Below, one piece after another: positions 28,918 through 39,617 of a DNA stretch of 64,000 bases. The DNA is from Acidobacteriota bacterium (GTDB lineage Bacteria > Acidobacteriota > UBA6911 > RPQK01 > JADFOI01). The translations under genes and the position numbers were made by a program. The stretch lies in NCBI GenBank assembly GCA_963663035.1, contig OY760074.1:96001-160000 (forward strand). The letters run 5' to 3'. The stretch's first letter is position 1. Each line of letters opens with the position of its first letter. The notes beneath the pieces are model-generated. The model was not told where the DNA came from. It did no database searches and worked only from the letters and a program-made list of their open reading frames with translations.

Positions 28918-30366
28918 TCAGATCTCTTTCGCCGAGATGTCCAGCAGGCTCCGAGCGAACTGAGCGAAGTTGTAGACATCCGCAAAATTGCTGGCCAGCC
29001 CCAGGGAAACCCGGACGGCGCCGGCGCTCTGCCCGTCCTTCTGCTCGAGAACGCTCAGAAACTGATCCAGCGTCATACGCTCGTCGTCCTTGAAGGCTTC
29101 GGCCATCTGTTCCTTGCTGAGGCCATGGGCGATCTCGCTCGCTCCCGGGTTGCAGAAGCAGCCGGTTCGCAGGCAGATTCTGGACTGGTTGGCACGAATC
29201 TCGACACGCCGGTGGTCGACGAGTTTTCCGTCGGGGTCGTAGAAGTTCAAGGCCAGATTGCCGCCTCGCATGTGCATCTCCGTGGGACCGTAAATCCGAA
29301 CCAGCGGTACTCCAGTGGCATGGCGGAGGACCCTCAGTTCACCCAGCAGCCAGCTCATCAAGCAGCTTACGCGCCTGTGTATGGTTTCCATTCCGATGGA
29401 GGCCATGTGTCTCAGGCCGAACTCCACCGCAGGCAGGGAGAGATAATTGATTGTGCCCTCTTCGAATGCCGCCTCGCCCTCTGCCAGGTGATAATCGTCC
29501 GCCTGCACGGAGGCAATCGTGATGGTGCCCCCGGCGAACCACGGTCTGGAGAGCTTGGCCAGCGCCGACTTGCGAGCGAGCAGGCACCCCACGCCGGTGG
29601 GGTAGCCGAAGAGCTTGTAAAATGACATCACCACGAAATCAGGATGCCAGCGGCCCAGGTCGAGGCCATTAGTGGGGGCAAAGGCAGCGCAGTCCAGCAG
29701 CACATCCCAGCCCCTGGACTGGGCCTCCGCGATCCATTCCAGCGAGAATTGAACGCCCGATAAGTTGGACTGTGCCGGGTAGGCAAAGAGGTTCCTGCCA
29801 CCGGACATGTCCAGCTGTTTTCGCAAGCTGCGCTCGTCGACACGCAACTCAGGCGGAATGACCGGCACGTAGGCGACGGCAGCACCCTTTGAGCGGGCAA
29901 ACTCCCTGATGCCATTCACCGAGTTATGGTTATCAAAGGTCAACAGGTAGCGGTCGCCCGGACCGAACGGATAGGACTCACCGACCAGCTTGATGGCGGC
30001 CGTAGCGTTGGAGGTAAATATGGCGACGTACTCATCCGGCGAGGCATTGAAGAATTCGAGCACGTAGGCGCGTACCCTATCGACCCACAGCGTGGCGGCC
30101 TCCGAAGCGGAGTTGATCGAATGGGGGTTTCCGAAAACGTCGCCCCTCAGCAACTCCATGTGCTGGCGTATCTGTGAGTCGGAGTACAGCCCAGCCCCCG
30201 TGTAGTCGAGGTAGACGACGCCTTTTAGATCGAGGCGCGCGTACTCAGCTGCACGCATTTCATCCAGCGCTTGAGTGGACTCGTAGTCGGGATAGGCTTT
30301 TTTGAAGCGGGAGTATGCGGCAGTCAGACCGGTGGCGAGCGAATGGGCCATAACCGAGTCTACCAA
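28918..30366 (-). CDS. Class V PLP enzyme, MoCo-sulfurase (NifS-like) type
   Basis: YLDYTGAG, FGNPHS, DNHNSVNGIRE, SFYKLFGYPTGVG and RTGCFCNPGA. Confidence 0.85.
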   Translation of the reverse strand: MVDSVMAHSLATGLTAAYSRFKKAYPDYESTQALDEMRAAEYARLDLKGVVYLDYTGAGLYSDSQIRQHMELLRGDVFGNPHSINSASEAATLWVDRVRAYVLEFFNASPDEYVAIFTSNATAAIKLVGESYPFGPGDRYLLTFDNHNSVNGIREFARSKGAAVAYVPVIPPELRVDERSLRKQLDMSGGRNLFAYPAQSNLSGVQFSLEWIAEAQSRGWDVLLDCAAFAPTNGLDLGRWHPDFVVMSFYKLFGYPTGVGCLLARKSALAKLSRPWFAGGTITIASVQADDYHLAEGEAAFEEGTINYLSLPAVEFGLRHMASIGMETIHRRVSCLMSWLLGELRVLRHATGVPLVRIYGPTEMHMRGGNLALNFYDPDGKLVDHRRVEIRANQSRICLRTGCFCNPGASEIAHGLSKEQMAEAFKDDERMTLDQFLSVLEQKDGQSAGAVRVSLGLASNFADVYNFAQFARSLLDISAKEI

Positions 30367-30541
30367 CTCTCGATGGAGAAAATGAACAATAAATGGATTC
30401 TTTCCGCGACGATCGTCGACTCTTTACGAAACTTTACATACTTTTCCCGCCCTTTGTACATCCTTAGAGTATTAGTGTGAAGGTCAATTGAATTTCTTAA
30501 CGCCTACACCAAAACGGGCTAACAAAGGGAGGGTTACTAAT

Positions 30542-31279
30542 TTGAAAAAGACAATCATGACGACGACGGCAGTGTGGCTGGGAATGGTCTGTGTCGGAGT
30601 TTCAGCCCCACAGTATCAAGGATCTCCAGAGATCAGCGAACCTCTTTCAACAGAGGACCAGCTTCGTTCCACCCTGGACGATGTGGTCATCCCGAGAAAG
30701 ACGGAGCTTTTCATCACTTTACAGCAAACCCTGAGTACAAAAGCTGCTGGAGGAGGACACAAATTCTTCGGGAAGCTGGTCGTGCCGGTGACAGCAAACG
30801 ACAGGATCATTATCCCAGTCCAGAGCTATGTCATTGGACATGTCCTAGCCTCCAGCGAACCCGGATATCTCCAGGGTGGTGCTGAACTGCTCTTGGCATT
30901 CGACAGCATTATTTTGCCGGATGGTACGACCCGGCAGATCGAGGCAGTCGTCCAATCGGCGGAAGGGGTGAGTACCAATCAGACCGATGAACAGGGGACA
31001 CTCCAAGCTCCTGGGAACCAGGGAGAAGAAACCGTGTCCGGTGCGACCAAAGGGGCCGTACTGGGAGGAGTCATTGGGGTTGCCAGTGGTAGAAATCTGA
31101 AGGGATTGGGAGTTGGTGCCGCAATCGGATCAGCGGCAGGCGCACTGATCGGGTTGTTCAAAAAGGGGGATGACGTAGAGCTGAGGAAGGGAACCACTGT
31201 GACCATCCAACTCAAGAGCGAAATCCGTTTTGTCAGCTTACCTCCCAGGAATGCATCCAGGGTTCCCATGTCACGATAG
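30542..31279 (+). CDS. Secreted TrbI/VirB10-like protein with glycine zipper
   Basis: Signal peptide and GAVLGGVIG..GAAIGSAAGALIG..KGDDVELRKGT. Confidence 0.6.
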   Translation: MKKTIMTTTAVWLGMVCVGVSAPQYQGSPEISEPLSTEDQLRSTLDDVVIPRKTELFITLQQTLSTKAAGGGHKFFGKLVVPVTANDRIIIPVQSYVIGHVLASSEPGYLQGGAELLLAFDSIILPDGTTRQIEAVVQSAEGVSTNQTDEQGTLQAPGNQGEETVSGATKGAVLGGVIGVASGRNLKGLGVGAAIGSAAGALIGLFKKGDDVELRKGTTVTIQLKSEIRFVSLPPRNASRVPMSR

Positions 31280-31331
31280 GCTGCGGCGGCGGATGCGGAC
31301 AACCAGGATATAATGCTGATCAGTATAAACA

Positions 31332-31619
31332 TTGTCCGCCAACATGCTGTTCAGAAAAGACTACATCAAGAAATTGACCGCCGAGCTGCCAATGAGCAAG
31401 GGCGAACTGCTCGGGAAAATCCTGGAATTGCACCCGGAGAAGAGCTTTAAAGATCTCTTTGTGGTTGCCGACGAAGAGGATCGCTACGTGGCCATAGCAA
31501 CTTACCAAGTCGATGACACCTACCGGGGACATCCGCCATCCCTCGCTTACGCAATCTACAAACTCGATTCAAGGGTCGAAGCGATCGATCACGCAGGCTA
31601 CGGCCTGGGAATCAAGTGA
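31332..31619 (+). CDS. Hypothetical protein
   Basis: 95-aa ORF filling the intergenic space. Confidence 0.45.
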   Translation: MSANMLFRKDYIKKLTAELPMSKGELLGKILELHPEKSFKDLFVVADEEDRYVAIATYQVDDTYRGHPPSLAYAIYKLDSRVEAIDHAGYGLGIK

Positions 31620-31656
31620 GGTTCGCAGACTCACTCCAGACCAGATAAGCGGCAGA

Positions 31657-31693
31657 ATTGATTGCCTTTTTACCCCCTACAGACTTAGCATTG
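31657..31693 (+). promoter_or_regulatory. Repeated promoter module E
   Basis: TTGATTGCCT-N18-TAGCATTG upstream of a kinase. Confidence 0.7.
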
Positions 31694-31725
31694 AGGAGAA
31701 TGACGCCAGAGATGAGCGGGACTCT

Positions 31726-34011
31726 ATGATCGGGAAAACTGTTTCGCATTACAAGATTCTGGAGAAACTGGGTGGTGGAGGAATGGGTGTGGTTTACAGA
31801 GCCGAGGACACCCGCCTGGGCCGCAATGTCGCCCTGAAATTCCTGCCTGAGGAGTTTGCCCAGAACCGTCAGGCCCTGGAGCGGTTCCAGAGAGAAGCCA
31901 GAGCGGCCTCGGCACTCAACCATCCCAACATCTGCGTCATTCATGACATCGGGGAGCATGAAAGTCAGCCCTTCATTGTGATGGAGTTTCTGGAAGGGAA
32001 GACCCTGAGATACTTTCTGCAGGACGGGCCACTCCTGGCGGATCAACTTTTGGAGTTCGGACTACAGATTTCTGAAGCTTTGGATGCGGCTCATTCCAGG
32101 GGAGTCCTCCACCGAGATATCAAACCGGACAACGTGTTTGTTACCGAGAGCGGCCACATCAAGCTCCTGGATTTTGGTTTGGCCAAGCTGTTGGAACAAA
32201 GCCCAGAGGGCGCTCCAGGCACAAATCAGACGCCGCAAGGACCTTTGACCGCGGCCGGGGTAGCGGTTGGGACCCCCTATTACATGTCGCCCGACCAACT
32301 GCTGGACAGGGAGTTGGATGACCGCAGCGACGTTTTCTCCCTTGGTGTTCTTCTTTATGAGATGGCCACCGGACAACTCCCTTTCAAAGGGAGTGACCTC
32401 AGCGCACTTTTTAATGAGATCCTCAACAAGGCACCCACCTCCCCAACCCAATTAAATCCTGACTTACCCGATGGATTGGGACAAGTGCTGAACAAGGCAT
32501 TGGAAAAGAATCGGAACTTGCGCCATCAATCAGCCAAAGAGCTGATGGCGGATTTAGTGCGCATCAAGCGACAGGCCCAGTTCTCCTCAAAATCGGGCGC
32601 TGTGAACGCACAGGCCGATAAACCTTCGATTGCCGTGCTTCCCTTTGTCAATATGAGTGCGGACCCGGATAACGAGTACTTCAGTGATGGTTTAGCCGAA
32701 GAATTAATCAATGCCCTGACCCAGCTGAAAGGGTTGGATGTGGCCGCCCGAAGCTCAACTTTCAACTTGAAGGGGCTTGATCAAAGTATTGCAGAGGTTG
32801 GCAGACGACTGAATGTCGACACCATCCTTGAGGGAAGTGTGCGAAAGGCAGACAAGCGCCTTCGCATTACGGCTCAGCTGATCAATACAGCCGACGGTTA
32901 TCATATCTGGTCTGAGCGGTACGACCGGGAGATGGAGGACATTTTCGAACTTCAAGACGAGATTACTCGAAAGATCGTCAATAAGTTGAGAGTGAACCTT
33001 TCCCAGGACTCTCAGGAGTTGCTGGTCAAGCGCTACACCAAAAACGTGAACGCCTATAATCTGTATTTAAAGGGTCGCTATCATCTGAGTCAGCGAACTG
33101 AGCAGAGTATTCTCAAAGCGATCGATTGTTTTGAGCAGGCGGTGTCTGAAGACGGTGGATATGCATTGCCCCATGCCGGCCTGGCCGAAGCCTATATTCT
33201 GCTGAACATCGATTGTCCCATACTTTTTTGTGACAGAGATCCTGCCGAAATGGTGTCCAAGGCAAAACAGGCCGCTCAAAAGGCCATCGAGGTGGATGAC
33301 TCGTGCGCTGAAGCCCACGTCGCTCTGGCCTTGATTTTTTACCGGCTGGACTGGGACTGGAAACGAGCTGAGCAGGAATTTCGACTAGCCCTCGAACGCA
33401 ACCAGAGTCTTGCCACTGCCCATCACCAATATGCCATGTTTCTGGCTTCGGTCAGTCGCTTCGAGGAGGCACTCGCTGAAATCAGAAAGGCTCATGAGCT
33501 GGATCCGCTTTCACCCATCATTGGCACCGCTGTGGGTCGTATTTTGCATTTTGCCCGTCGCTTCGATGAAGCCCTTGATCAATGTCTGCGCACGATTGAG
33601 CTGAGCCCGCAGTTCCCTGGTGCCTACTTTGATTCGGGCTTGACCTATCTTGCCAAAGGCATGCACCAGGAAGCCCATGCGTCTTTCGAGAAGCTCAGCG
33701 GAATTTCCGGAGATCCGAAGCGAGGATTGATGGAGCTGTCATGGGTTTACAGCAGCATGGGTGAACGAGACAAGGCGTTCGAGCTGGTGGAAAAATTGAT
33801 GGAGCTTTCCACGGAAAATCTTCCCCGCGTCCCTCTGGCTCTCCTACATACCGGATTGGGAGATCTGGATAAGGCTTTTGAACTCCTTCAAGAGGGGTAC
33901 GCACAAAGGGACAGTAACCTTCTCTATATTGGGTGTGAGCCGCTGTTTGATCATCTTCGCGGCGACCCTCGCTTTACTGAGCTGCTGCAGCAGATGAACT
34001 TTGAAGCCTAG
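31726..34011 (+). CDS. Hanks-type Ser/Thr kinase with TolB-like (SIAVLPF) domain and TPRs
   Basis: GGGGMGVVY, VALK, HRDIKPDN, DFG, GTPYYMSP, SIAVLPF..NEYFSDG and TPR repeats. Confidence 0.93.
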   Translation: MIGKTVSHYKILEKLGGGGMGVVYRAEDTRLGRNVALKFLPEEFAQNRQALERFQREARAASALNHPNICVIHDIGEHESQPFIVMEFLEGKTLRYFLQDGPLLADQLLEFGLQISEALDAAHSRGVLHRDIKPDNVFVTESGHIKLLDFGLAKLLEQSPEGAPGTNQTPQGPLTAAGVAVGTPYYMSPDQLLDRELDDRSDVFSLGVLLYEMATGQLPFKGSDLSALFNEILNKAPTSPTQLNPDLPDGLGQVLNKALEKNRNLRHQSAKELMADLVRIKRQAQFSSKSGAVNAQADKPSIAVLPFVNMSADPDNEYFSDGLAEELINALTQLKGLDVAARSSTFNLKGLDQSIAEVGRRLNVDTILEGSVRKADKRLRITAQLINTADGYHIWSERYDREMEDIFELQDEITRKIVNKLRVNLSQDSQELLVKRYTKNVNAYNLYLKGRYHLSQRTEQSILKAIDCFEQAVSEDGGYALPHAGLAEAYILLNIDCPILFCDRDPAEMVSKAKQAAQKAIEVDDSCAEAHVALALIFYRLDWDWKRAEQEFRLALERNQSLATAHHQYAMFLASVSRFEEALAEIRKAHELDPLSPIIGTAVGRILHFARRFDEALDQCLRTIELSPQFPGAYFDSGLTYLAKGMHQEAHASFEKLSGISGDPKRGLMELSWVYSSMGERDKAFELVEKLMELSTENLPRVPLALLHTGLGDLDKAFELLQEGYAQRDSNLLYIGCEPLFDHLRGDPRFTELLQQMNFEA

Positions 34012-34086
34012 GTCAGCCGCCTGGATGGCGTTCTGAATCGTATCGGGTATAAGGTTGAACAAATCCATTTTTTTGGGGAGGTCACC

Positions 34087-35766
34087 ATGAGAGGAAACAC
34101 CATAGCAGGGACGCTTTTCCTTGCTCTATTCCCGACAGTGTCGGTATTGGCGGCGGCACAGCCAACTTTACAGGCCGGAAATCCGGGCGATGAGCACTCT
34201 ACGGTCAGTTGCTCGCAGTTCATGGCGCCGCCGAAAGATGTAAACGGCACCAGGGTGGGCCAAGAAGAGTGCCTGATGCAGGACCATGGCATCGTGGAGC
34301 CCAATCTGAAATATCACCGGGTGGACATGGGCATCACAGGCACCCTTTCGGGTTGGATTGTGAAGGAGGGGCCGCGCCAGAACCACTTCACGTCGGGTCC
34401 GGATTTTATCTTTACCCAGTTAGGAAATCCCCACAACCCACGTTTCCACGGGATCTTGCGCTATGAAGCCGCCAAAGGGACGTCTCTCACTCTCACCTAT
34501 CCGGAGAGCGGATGGAATGGAAAGTTATTCGTCCTGGTGCATGGAAGCGGGGGGGCATTCCTTTATGGGAATATGAGGCCATGGGATCAGTATTTCGATC
34601 CTGAAAAGCCCTTTGATTCCAATAAATATGAGGAAGCGATGCTGGCCAAGGGCTATGCCATAGCAAGAACCCGGCGGAATGCCGCGCGCAGATCGAGGGG
34701 AGACTATTCCGCAATTTTAGATGACGGCACAGTCTGGCCGGACCAGAACGTCAACATGATCCCGGAACTGATCTTGGATGAGGTCAGGATGGTGGGCAAT
34801 TTTCTCAAAGAACGTTTGGGCCGGGCACCCACCCGAAATTACTGGTACGGTCATTCGGCCGGGGGGTACTCAGGCTTTGCGCTCAACTATCTGATCCAAT
34901 CCAACCCCGACATCAATAAGGATGCGGATGGAAGGCAAACGATTAGTGGATTCATCCTGGACGATCCGGGCGGCGGGATGTTCCTTCCTATTCAGGTGAA
35001 GAACGGTCAGGATATCCTGTACCGCACGGCGGAATCAAAATCGCAATTCGTCAAATCCTTTTCGATCGCTCATCAGGCTTACTCGCTCATCTACTCGAAC
35101 TTTGTCCCCGGGGATATGGACTTGAGCAACATACCCGAAGGGATTTCCCCGGTCTTTCTGACCAATAAAAGAAAAACGGCGAAGCTCATGAGAGATAAAG
35201 GGATAGACAATTTCCGGATGTATGAAGTTCGCGGTGTCAGCCACAGCGGCGGGGAAAGTTTGGAGAATGGCAGGCGTGGGGATGTCCAAATTCTAAATCT
35301 ATCTCGACTGATGGATGGGGTGATTGATCTTCTGGATAACTGGGTGGAGAAAGGGATCGAGCCGCCTGGCACGAAATCTGACGATCCCAGCGTGGGCGCC
35401 AGCGGCCCCGCCATTAATCTGCCGGAAACGGCCTGCCCGCTAGGGCAGTATTATCCCTTTCCTCCAGGCGGAGGTGCGGGCTCCACCGGCTTTGCGGTCT
35501 ATGATGGGACGAGTCTGGAACCGTTGGATGGGCAGGTGCAGTATGTGGACATGAACAGAAACGGAACCCGCGACAAGAGGGAGACGGTCACACAGGCGTG
35601 GCACCGGATGGGGCTTCTGAGAGCGGGCGAGACGTTCAGCCGGGCCCAGTACGTAGCGTGTGTCCAGAGCACCGCCGCCAAACTCCAGAAGGAGAATCTG
35701 ATCACCGAAAATATCGCCAGCCTGTACCTCGAGGACGCGCAGAAGGAAGCCTTACCAGCACAGTAG
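34087..35766 (+). CDS. Secreted alpha/beta-hydrolase-like protein
   Basis: Signal peptide, WNGKLFVLVHG, YWYGHSAGG and YEVRGVSH. Confidence 0.65.
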   Translation: MRGNTIAGTLFLALFPTVSVLAAAQPTLQAGNPGDEHSTVSCSQFMAPPKDVNGTRVGQEECLMQDHGIVEPNLKYHRVDMGITGTLSGWIVKEGPRQNHFTSGPDFIFTQLGNPHNPRFHGILRYEAAKGTSLTLTYPESGWNGKLFVLVHGSGGAFLYGNMRPWDQYFDPEKPFDSNKYEEAMLAKGYAIARTRRNAARRSRGDYSAILDDGTVWPDQNVNMIPELILDEVRMVGNFLKERLGRAPTRNYWYGHSAGGYSGFALNYLIQSNPDINKDADGRQTISGFILDDPGGGMFLPIQVKNGQDILYRTAESKSQFVKSFSIAHQAYSLIYSNFVPGDMDLSNIPEGISPVFLTNKRKTAKLMRDKGIDNFRMYEVRGVSHSGGESLENGRRGDVQILNLSRLMDGVIDLLDNWVEKGIEPPGTKSDDPSVGASGPAINLPETACPLGQYYPFPPGGGAGSTGFAVYDGTSLEPLDGQVQYVDMNRNGTRDKRETVTQAWHRMGLLRAGETFSRAQYVACVQSTAAKLQKENLITENIASLYLEDAQKEALPAQ

Positions 35767-35822
35767 GCAGGCGCGAACCGATGGCTGGAGGGTCCGTAAT
35801 CAGGAGAGTCGCGAGACGGCTC

Positions 35823-36470
35823 CTACGACCCTTCCCCACTCGCCATGAGGCCCATGTGCTGCTTGGCTTGAGCGACACCACCCTCTCCCTGTTGCCAGCC
35901 CACACGACCATCGCCGTTGGCGTCGGTCCCGTCGACGATGTGCTGGGTCAACTCCTGGAGCTGCTGTAGTGAGGGAGCGGCCTGAGCTGCGGTAGAGGCA
36001 CTCAGGACTTTTTCGCTGAGCTGCATGACCTCCTGGCCCCAGGTCACCACATTATCAGCGCTGCTCTTGACGTGCTCGGCGTGTAGCTTCACATTATCGG
36101 AAGCATCTCCCGCATTGGAGGCAAAACCGATGTGACTGGAAACTCCCTGAGCTGCCTTTACGATGCCGTATCCCTTACCCGGCCCCCCCGACTCGCTGGC
36201 TGCATCAATGGCATGCCGGACGTGTCTCGTATGGGTCTGCATCGAGTTCAGATCGGAAAGATCTCGGGCCGCAAGGCCCGCATGCTGTGCGGCGATCTGG
36301 GCTTCCTGTTCTAAGATCGTCAGCAGTCCGACGTTGTCGGGGGTATCGCCCCAACTCTCGGTCACGTGCCCCATGTGGCTGTGTGATTCTTTCTCAGACT
36401 GAGCCAGCACCTGAGGCTGCACGACGACGGCAATCAGTACCATTACAAAGCCGATAGCGAATCTTTTCAT
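35823..36470 (-). CDS. Secreted His-rich helical hypothetical protein
   Basis: Signal peptide, HMGHV, DANGDG and GAGG RBS. Confidence 0.7.
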   Translation of the reverse strand: MKRFAIGFVMVLIAVVVQPQVLAQSEKESHSHMGHVTESWGDTPDNVGLLTILEQEAQIAAQHAGLAARDLSDLNSMQTHTRHVRHAIDAASESGGPGKGYGIVKAAQGVSSHIGFASNAGDASDNVKLHAEHVKSSADNVVTWGQEVMQLSEKVLSASTAAQAAPSLQQLQELTQHIVDGTDANGDGRVGWQQGEGGVAQAKQHMGLMASGEGS

Positions 36471-36575
36471 TCAATACCTCCCTCTTATGTTTACAATAAA
36501 CGTGTAGACCGATTGTATGTCTGTGTGGTAGCAGAGTCAAAGAGTAGAGCAAGAAGGGATTTGCACCAGGCCTTC

Positions 36576-37640
36576 TTATCCCCCAGGTTCGTTATCGATT
36601 ACAGCTTTGAAGTCCTCCCAGATCGGATCCTTGATGGACTGCCACACCTCCGTTTCCACAAGAGATGGCCGCTCGGTCTGCAGGAGCCTTTCAAATTCCT
36701 CCCAGCCCTCGATGGGCAGTCCCATGCGAACATAGTTCAGAAGTAGCCTGACTGCATTGCCCAGATAATCGTAAGGATTTTCAGTTTGATCAATGGCTGA
36801 CTCCAGTTCACTGATTTTACTTTGGTAAAAATCGGGGTATTCAGAGTTGGCTCTCCGATAGGAACCATTTCTCCAGGCGAAGATCTCCTCAACTGAAGGT
36901 GCTATAACGTGGGGCAAGTACTCGTAGGTCTCCCACTCTGTCTCGACTGCAATGACCTCTAATGACCCATCCTCAACCAGATCCACTAAGGATTTTGGGA
37001 AAAGACTCCCACTGATAGGCTCTGTCAAATCGATGGACCGAGAGCCCTGTACCTGGTACACCCTAATCTGTTCACACGACCAGGCAGTACCTGAGCAATT
37101 CTTCCGAATGACGATCTCCCTGAATCCATCTCCATTGACGTCGGTATCGTTGAGTTCGTGGAAAGACAAGGCCCTCCTTTCAAACACGTCTCTCCTCAGC
37201 AGTTCTGTACCCTTTGCATCAAATCTGTAGATGCGGAATTCCGAGACCCTTCCAACCAGGTCCTCTTCCTTTTCTAAAAGGGTTACCAGATGAGGCGCTA
37301 AACCATCCTGATAGGGATACAAATAATCTTTGAGTTCAAAGCCATCCCTCTCTATTTGCTCCAGCTCTTCGCTGAAGGACTCGGTCTTGCTGCCTGGAGT
37401 CGTGCACAAGAACTCAAAGCGACAAACAGGACCACGACCCAGCACAATCGACGTTGCATCACTCACCTCTGGACAGCTCGAACCACACAAGCTTACACAT
37501 TCACTTGGATGAGAAATGACCTGTGAGGTTTCCAAAAGTCGAGCAATCCGGCTTCCCCAAGCAGAAATAGTCGGAACCGCAACCAGTGTCACCCAGGCGA
37601 AGGCTTCTCCTCGACAAACGCAAATCCTCCTGGATCTCAT
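36576..37640 (-). CDS. Hypothetical protein with a DxNxDG motif
   Basis: Long ORF with lower GC and DVNGDGFREI. Start uncertain. Confidence 0.55.
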   Translation of the reverse strand: MRSRRICVCRGEAFAWVTLVAVPTISAWGSRIARLLETSQVISHPSECVSLCGSSCPEVSDATSIVLGRGPVCRFEFLCTTPGSKTESFSEELEQIERDGFELKDYLYPYQDGLAPHLVTLLEKEEDLVGRVSEFRIYRFDAKGTELLRRDVFERRALSFHELNDTDVNGDGFREIVIRKNCSGTAWSCEQIRVYQVQGSRSIDLTEPISGSLFPKSLVDLVEDGSLEVIAVETEWETYEYLPHVIAPSVEEIFAWRNGSYRRANSEYPDFYQSKISELESAIDQTENPYDYLGNAVRLLLNYVRMGLPIEGWEEFERLLQTERPSLVETEVWQSIKDPIWEDFKAVIDNEPGG

Positions 37641-37705
37641 TATGATATATTTGAGAAACACATCAGAAGAAAGACGCACTTGAGACATTTTCGGAGGTAA
37701 GCGGA

Positions 37706-38992
37706 ATGAGAATATTGCTTGTCGCAGTGGCAGCTTTTCCCCTTCTTTTCTCGGGATGCGCTCAGACCGAGGGAACTGACTCAATGTCCACGGACCTGAC
37801 CGTTTCTCCAGCTCTATCCTTCATTGAACCCGTCACGGTGGGAAATCCTGAGGACAACCCCTCTGATCCTTATCTGAGAACGGGTGCCAACGGGAAGGTA
37901 TTCCTCAGTTGGTCTGAGCAAGCCGAGAATGTGGAGGGCCGCAATGTCTTTGTTGCCAATCTGGCCAGTGACGGCAGGGTGTCGGGCCAGCCCCGGCAGA
38001 TGAACGACCAGCCGGGAGAGATTTCCTCCCATGGCGGTGAGAATCTGGCCAAGTTTACCATCGACTTGAACGGCGGAGTGGCGGGTATCTGGATGATGCC
38101 GCTTCCCGAGTACCATACGGGTGAGATGCGCACTACTCATGCCGACCACGATGGGTCCTTTTATGCGGCGACCACCGTGAACGACGACGGCAAGGCCGTC
38201 AACCACGCCTTCTCCACGATCACTACCGGCCCTGATGGCAAGATTTATGCCGCCTGGATTGACGGGCGCAACCGGACCGACTTCGAGGATGATCGCCAGC
38301 AGATGTACATGGCGGTTTCCGAGGATGGTGGTAAAACCTACGGAAAGAACTCTCCCGTCGGCCAGGGGGTCTGTCCCTGCTGTCGCCCGAACATCGCCTT
38401 TCTGGATGGTGGTAAAACCCTGGTGGTTTCTCATCGATTCGTGACCAAACCGGAGAATGTGCGCAATCACGTCGCCATTCGCTCCACCGATGGCGGCCAA
38501 ACTTTCAGTGATCCTGTCCTGATCAGTGACGACGGTTGGGTCAGCCGAAGCTGCCCCCACGCCGGCACTTCGCTAACAGCCGATGGTCGAGGTCGACTCC
38601 ATTCGGTTTGGTGGACGGGTGGGCGGACGGATGAGGAAGCGGGTATTTACTACACATACTCCGACGATGGCGGCCGCAGTTTTCTCCCCAGGCAGCTCAT
38701 TACCAAGGCTTCGCCCGACAGGGTTCTGCACACCCAGGTGAGGACGGACGAAAACAACAACCTCTACGCAGTCTGGGTCAACATCAAAGATGAAAAGCCT
38801 CAAATCTTCATGGCCCATCGCCAGGCCGGTGAGGAAGAGTGGAGCCAGATCAACCAGTTGAGTGATGGGACTCAGAACGCCCTCTTTCCCATGCTGGCCT
38901 TGGATGACAGCCACCTGTATGTTGTCTGGACAGAGAGAAAAGGAGAAACCTCCCAGGTTAAAGTGCGGACCGCCATCTTGACCAACGGCTAA
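37706..38992 (+). CDS. BNR/Asp-box (sialidase-like) lipoprotein
   Basis: FSGC lipobox, SEDGGKTY, STDGGQTF, SDDGGRSF, CPCC and CPH. Confidence 0.8.
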   Translation: MRILLVAVAAFPLLFSGCAQTEGTDSMSTDLTVSPALSFIEPVTVGNPEDNPSDPYLRTGANGKVFLSWSEQAENVEGRNVFVANLASDGRVSGQPRQMNDQPGEISSHGGENLAKFTIDLNGGVAGIWMMPLPEYHTGEMRTTHADHDGSFYAATTVNDDGKAVNHAFSTITTGPDGKIYAAWIDGRNRTDFEDDRQQMYMAVSEDGGKTYGKNSPVGQGVCPCCRPNIAFLDGGKTLVVSHRFVTKPENVRNHVAIRSTDGGQTFSDPVLISDDGWVSRSCPHAGTSLTADGRGRLHSVWWTGGRTDEEAGIYYTYSDDGGRSFLPRQLITKASPDRVLHTQVRTDENNNLYAVWVNIKDEKPQIFMAHRQAGEEEWSQINQLSDGTQNALFPMLALDDSHLYVVWTERKGETSQVKVRTAILTNG

Positions 38993-38993
38993 G

Positions 38994-39569
38994 ATGCATC
39001 GCGGACGACTCTCGACTACACTTCTTTGCCTGTGGCTGCTCCCGGGATGCGCTAACAACGAGTCTCCTGGTTCCGCCACGAACCCTGAACTCGATTCTGT
39101 TGCCCCGGACCAACTGGGCATCATTCAGCCCGGCTCTCCTGAGCCGGGGGGATTGGCGCCTGACTTTGTCCTCTGGGATCTGGAAAGGAACAGTGTCAGG
39201 CTCTCTGACCTGAGGGGACAAGCCGTTGTTCTGAATTTCTTCGCCTCCTGGTGCGTTCCCTGCCTGGCCGAACTACCTTTGATTCAGGAGGCTCACCTTC
39301 AGGCAGAAGAGAAAGGGTGGGTGGTTCTTGGGATAGCTGTCCAGGACAGTCGTCAGGCCGTCCGATCCCTATCAAAATCAATGGGGCTCACCTACCCCAT
39401 GCTGTTTGATGGGGACAGCTCGGTGGGCCTGGCCTATGAGGTCATCGGCCCTCCGGCCACCTTCTTCATCGACGGAACGGGTAAGATCGTCTCTTCGGCT
39501 TTAGGCGTCATGGACCATGAGGAACTGGAGCGGGAACTGAAGAAACTGCGTGATGGTGCCCGGCCTTAG
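38994..39569 (+). CDS. TlpA/ResA-family thiol-disulfide oxidoreductase lipoprotein
   Basis: APDF, LNFFASWCVPC and PATFFID. Confidence 0.9.
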   Translation: MHRGRLSTTLLCLWLLPGCANNESPGSATNPELDSVAPDQLGIIQPGSPEPGGLAPDFVLWDLERNSVRLSDLRGQAVVLNFFASWCVPCLAELPLIQEAHLQAEEKGWVVLGIAVQDSRQAVRSLSKSMGLTYPMLFDGDSSVGLAYEVIGPPATFFIDGTGKIVSSALGVMDHEELERELKKLRDGARP

Positions 39570-39617
39570 ACCAACTCATCCCAGAAAGACCTTCAATTTC
39601 CGCAACTCATGGCCGGG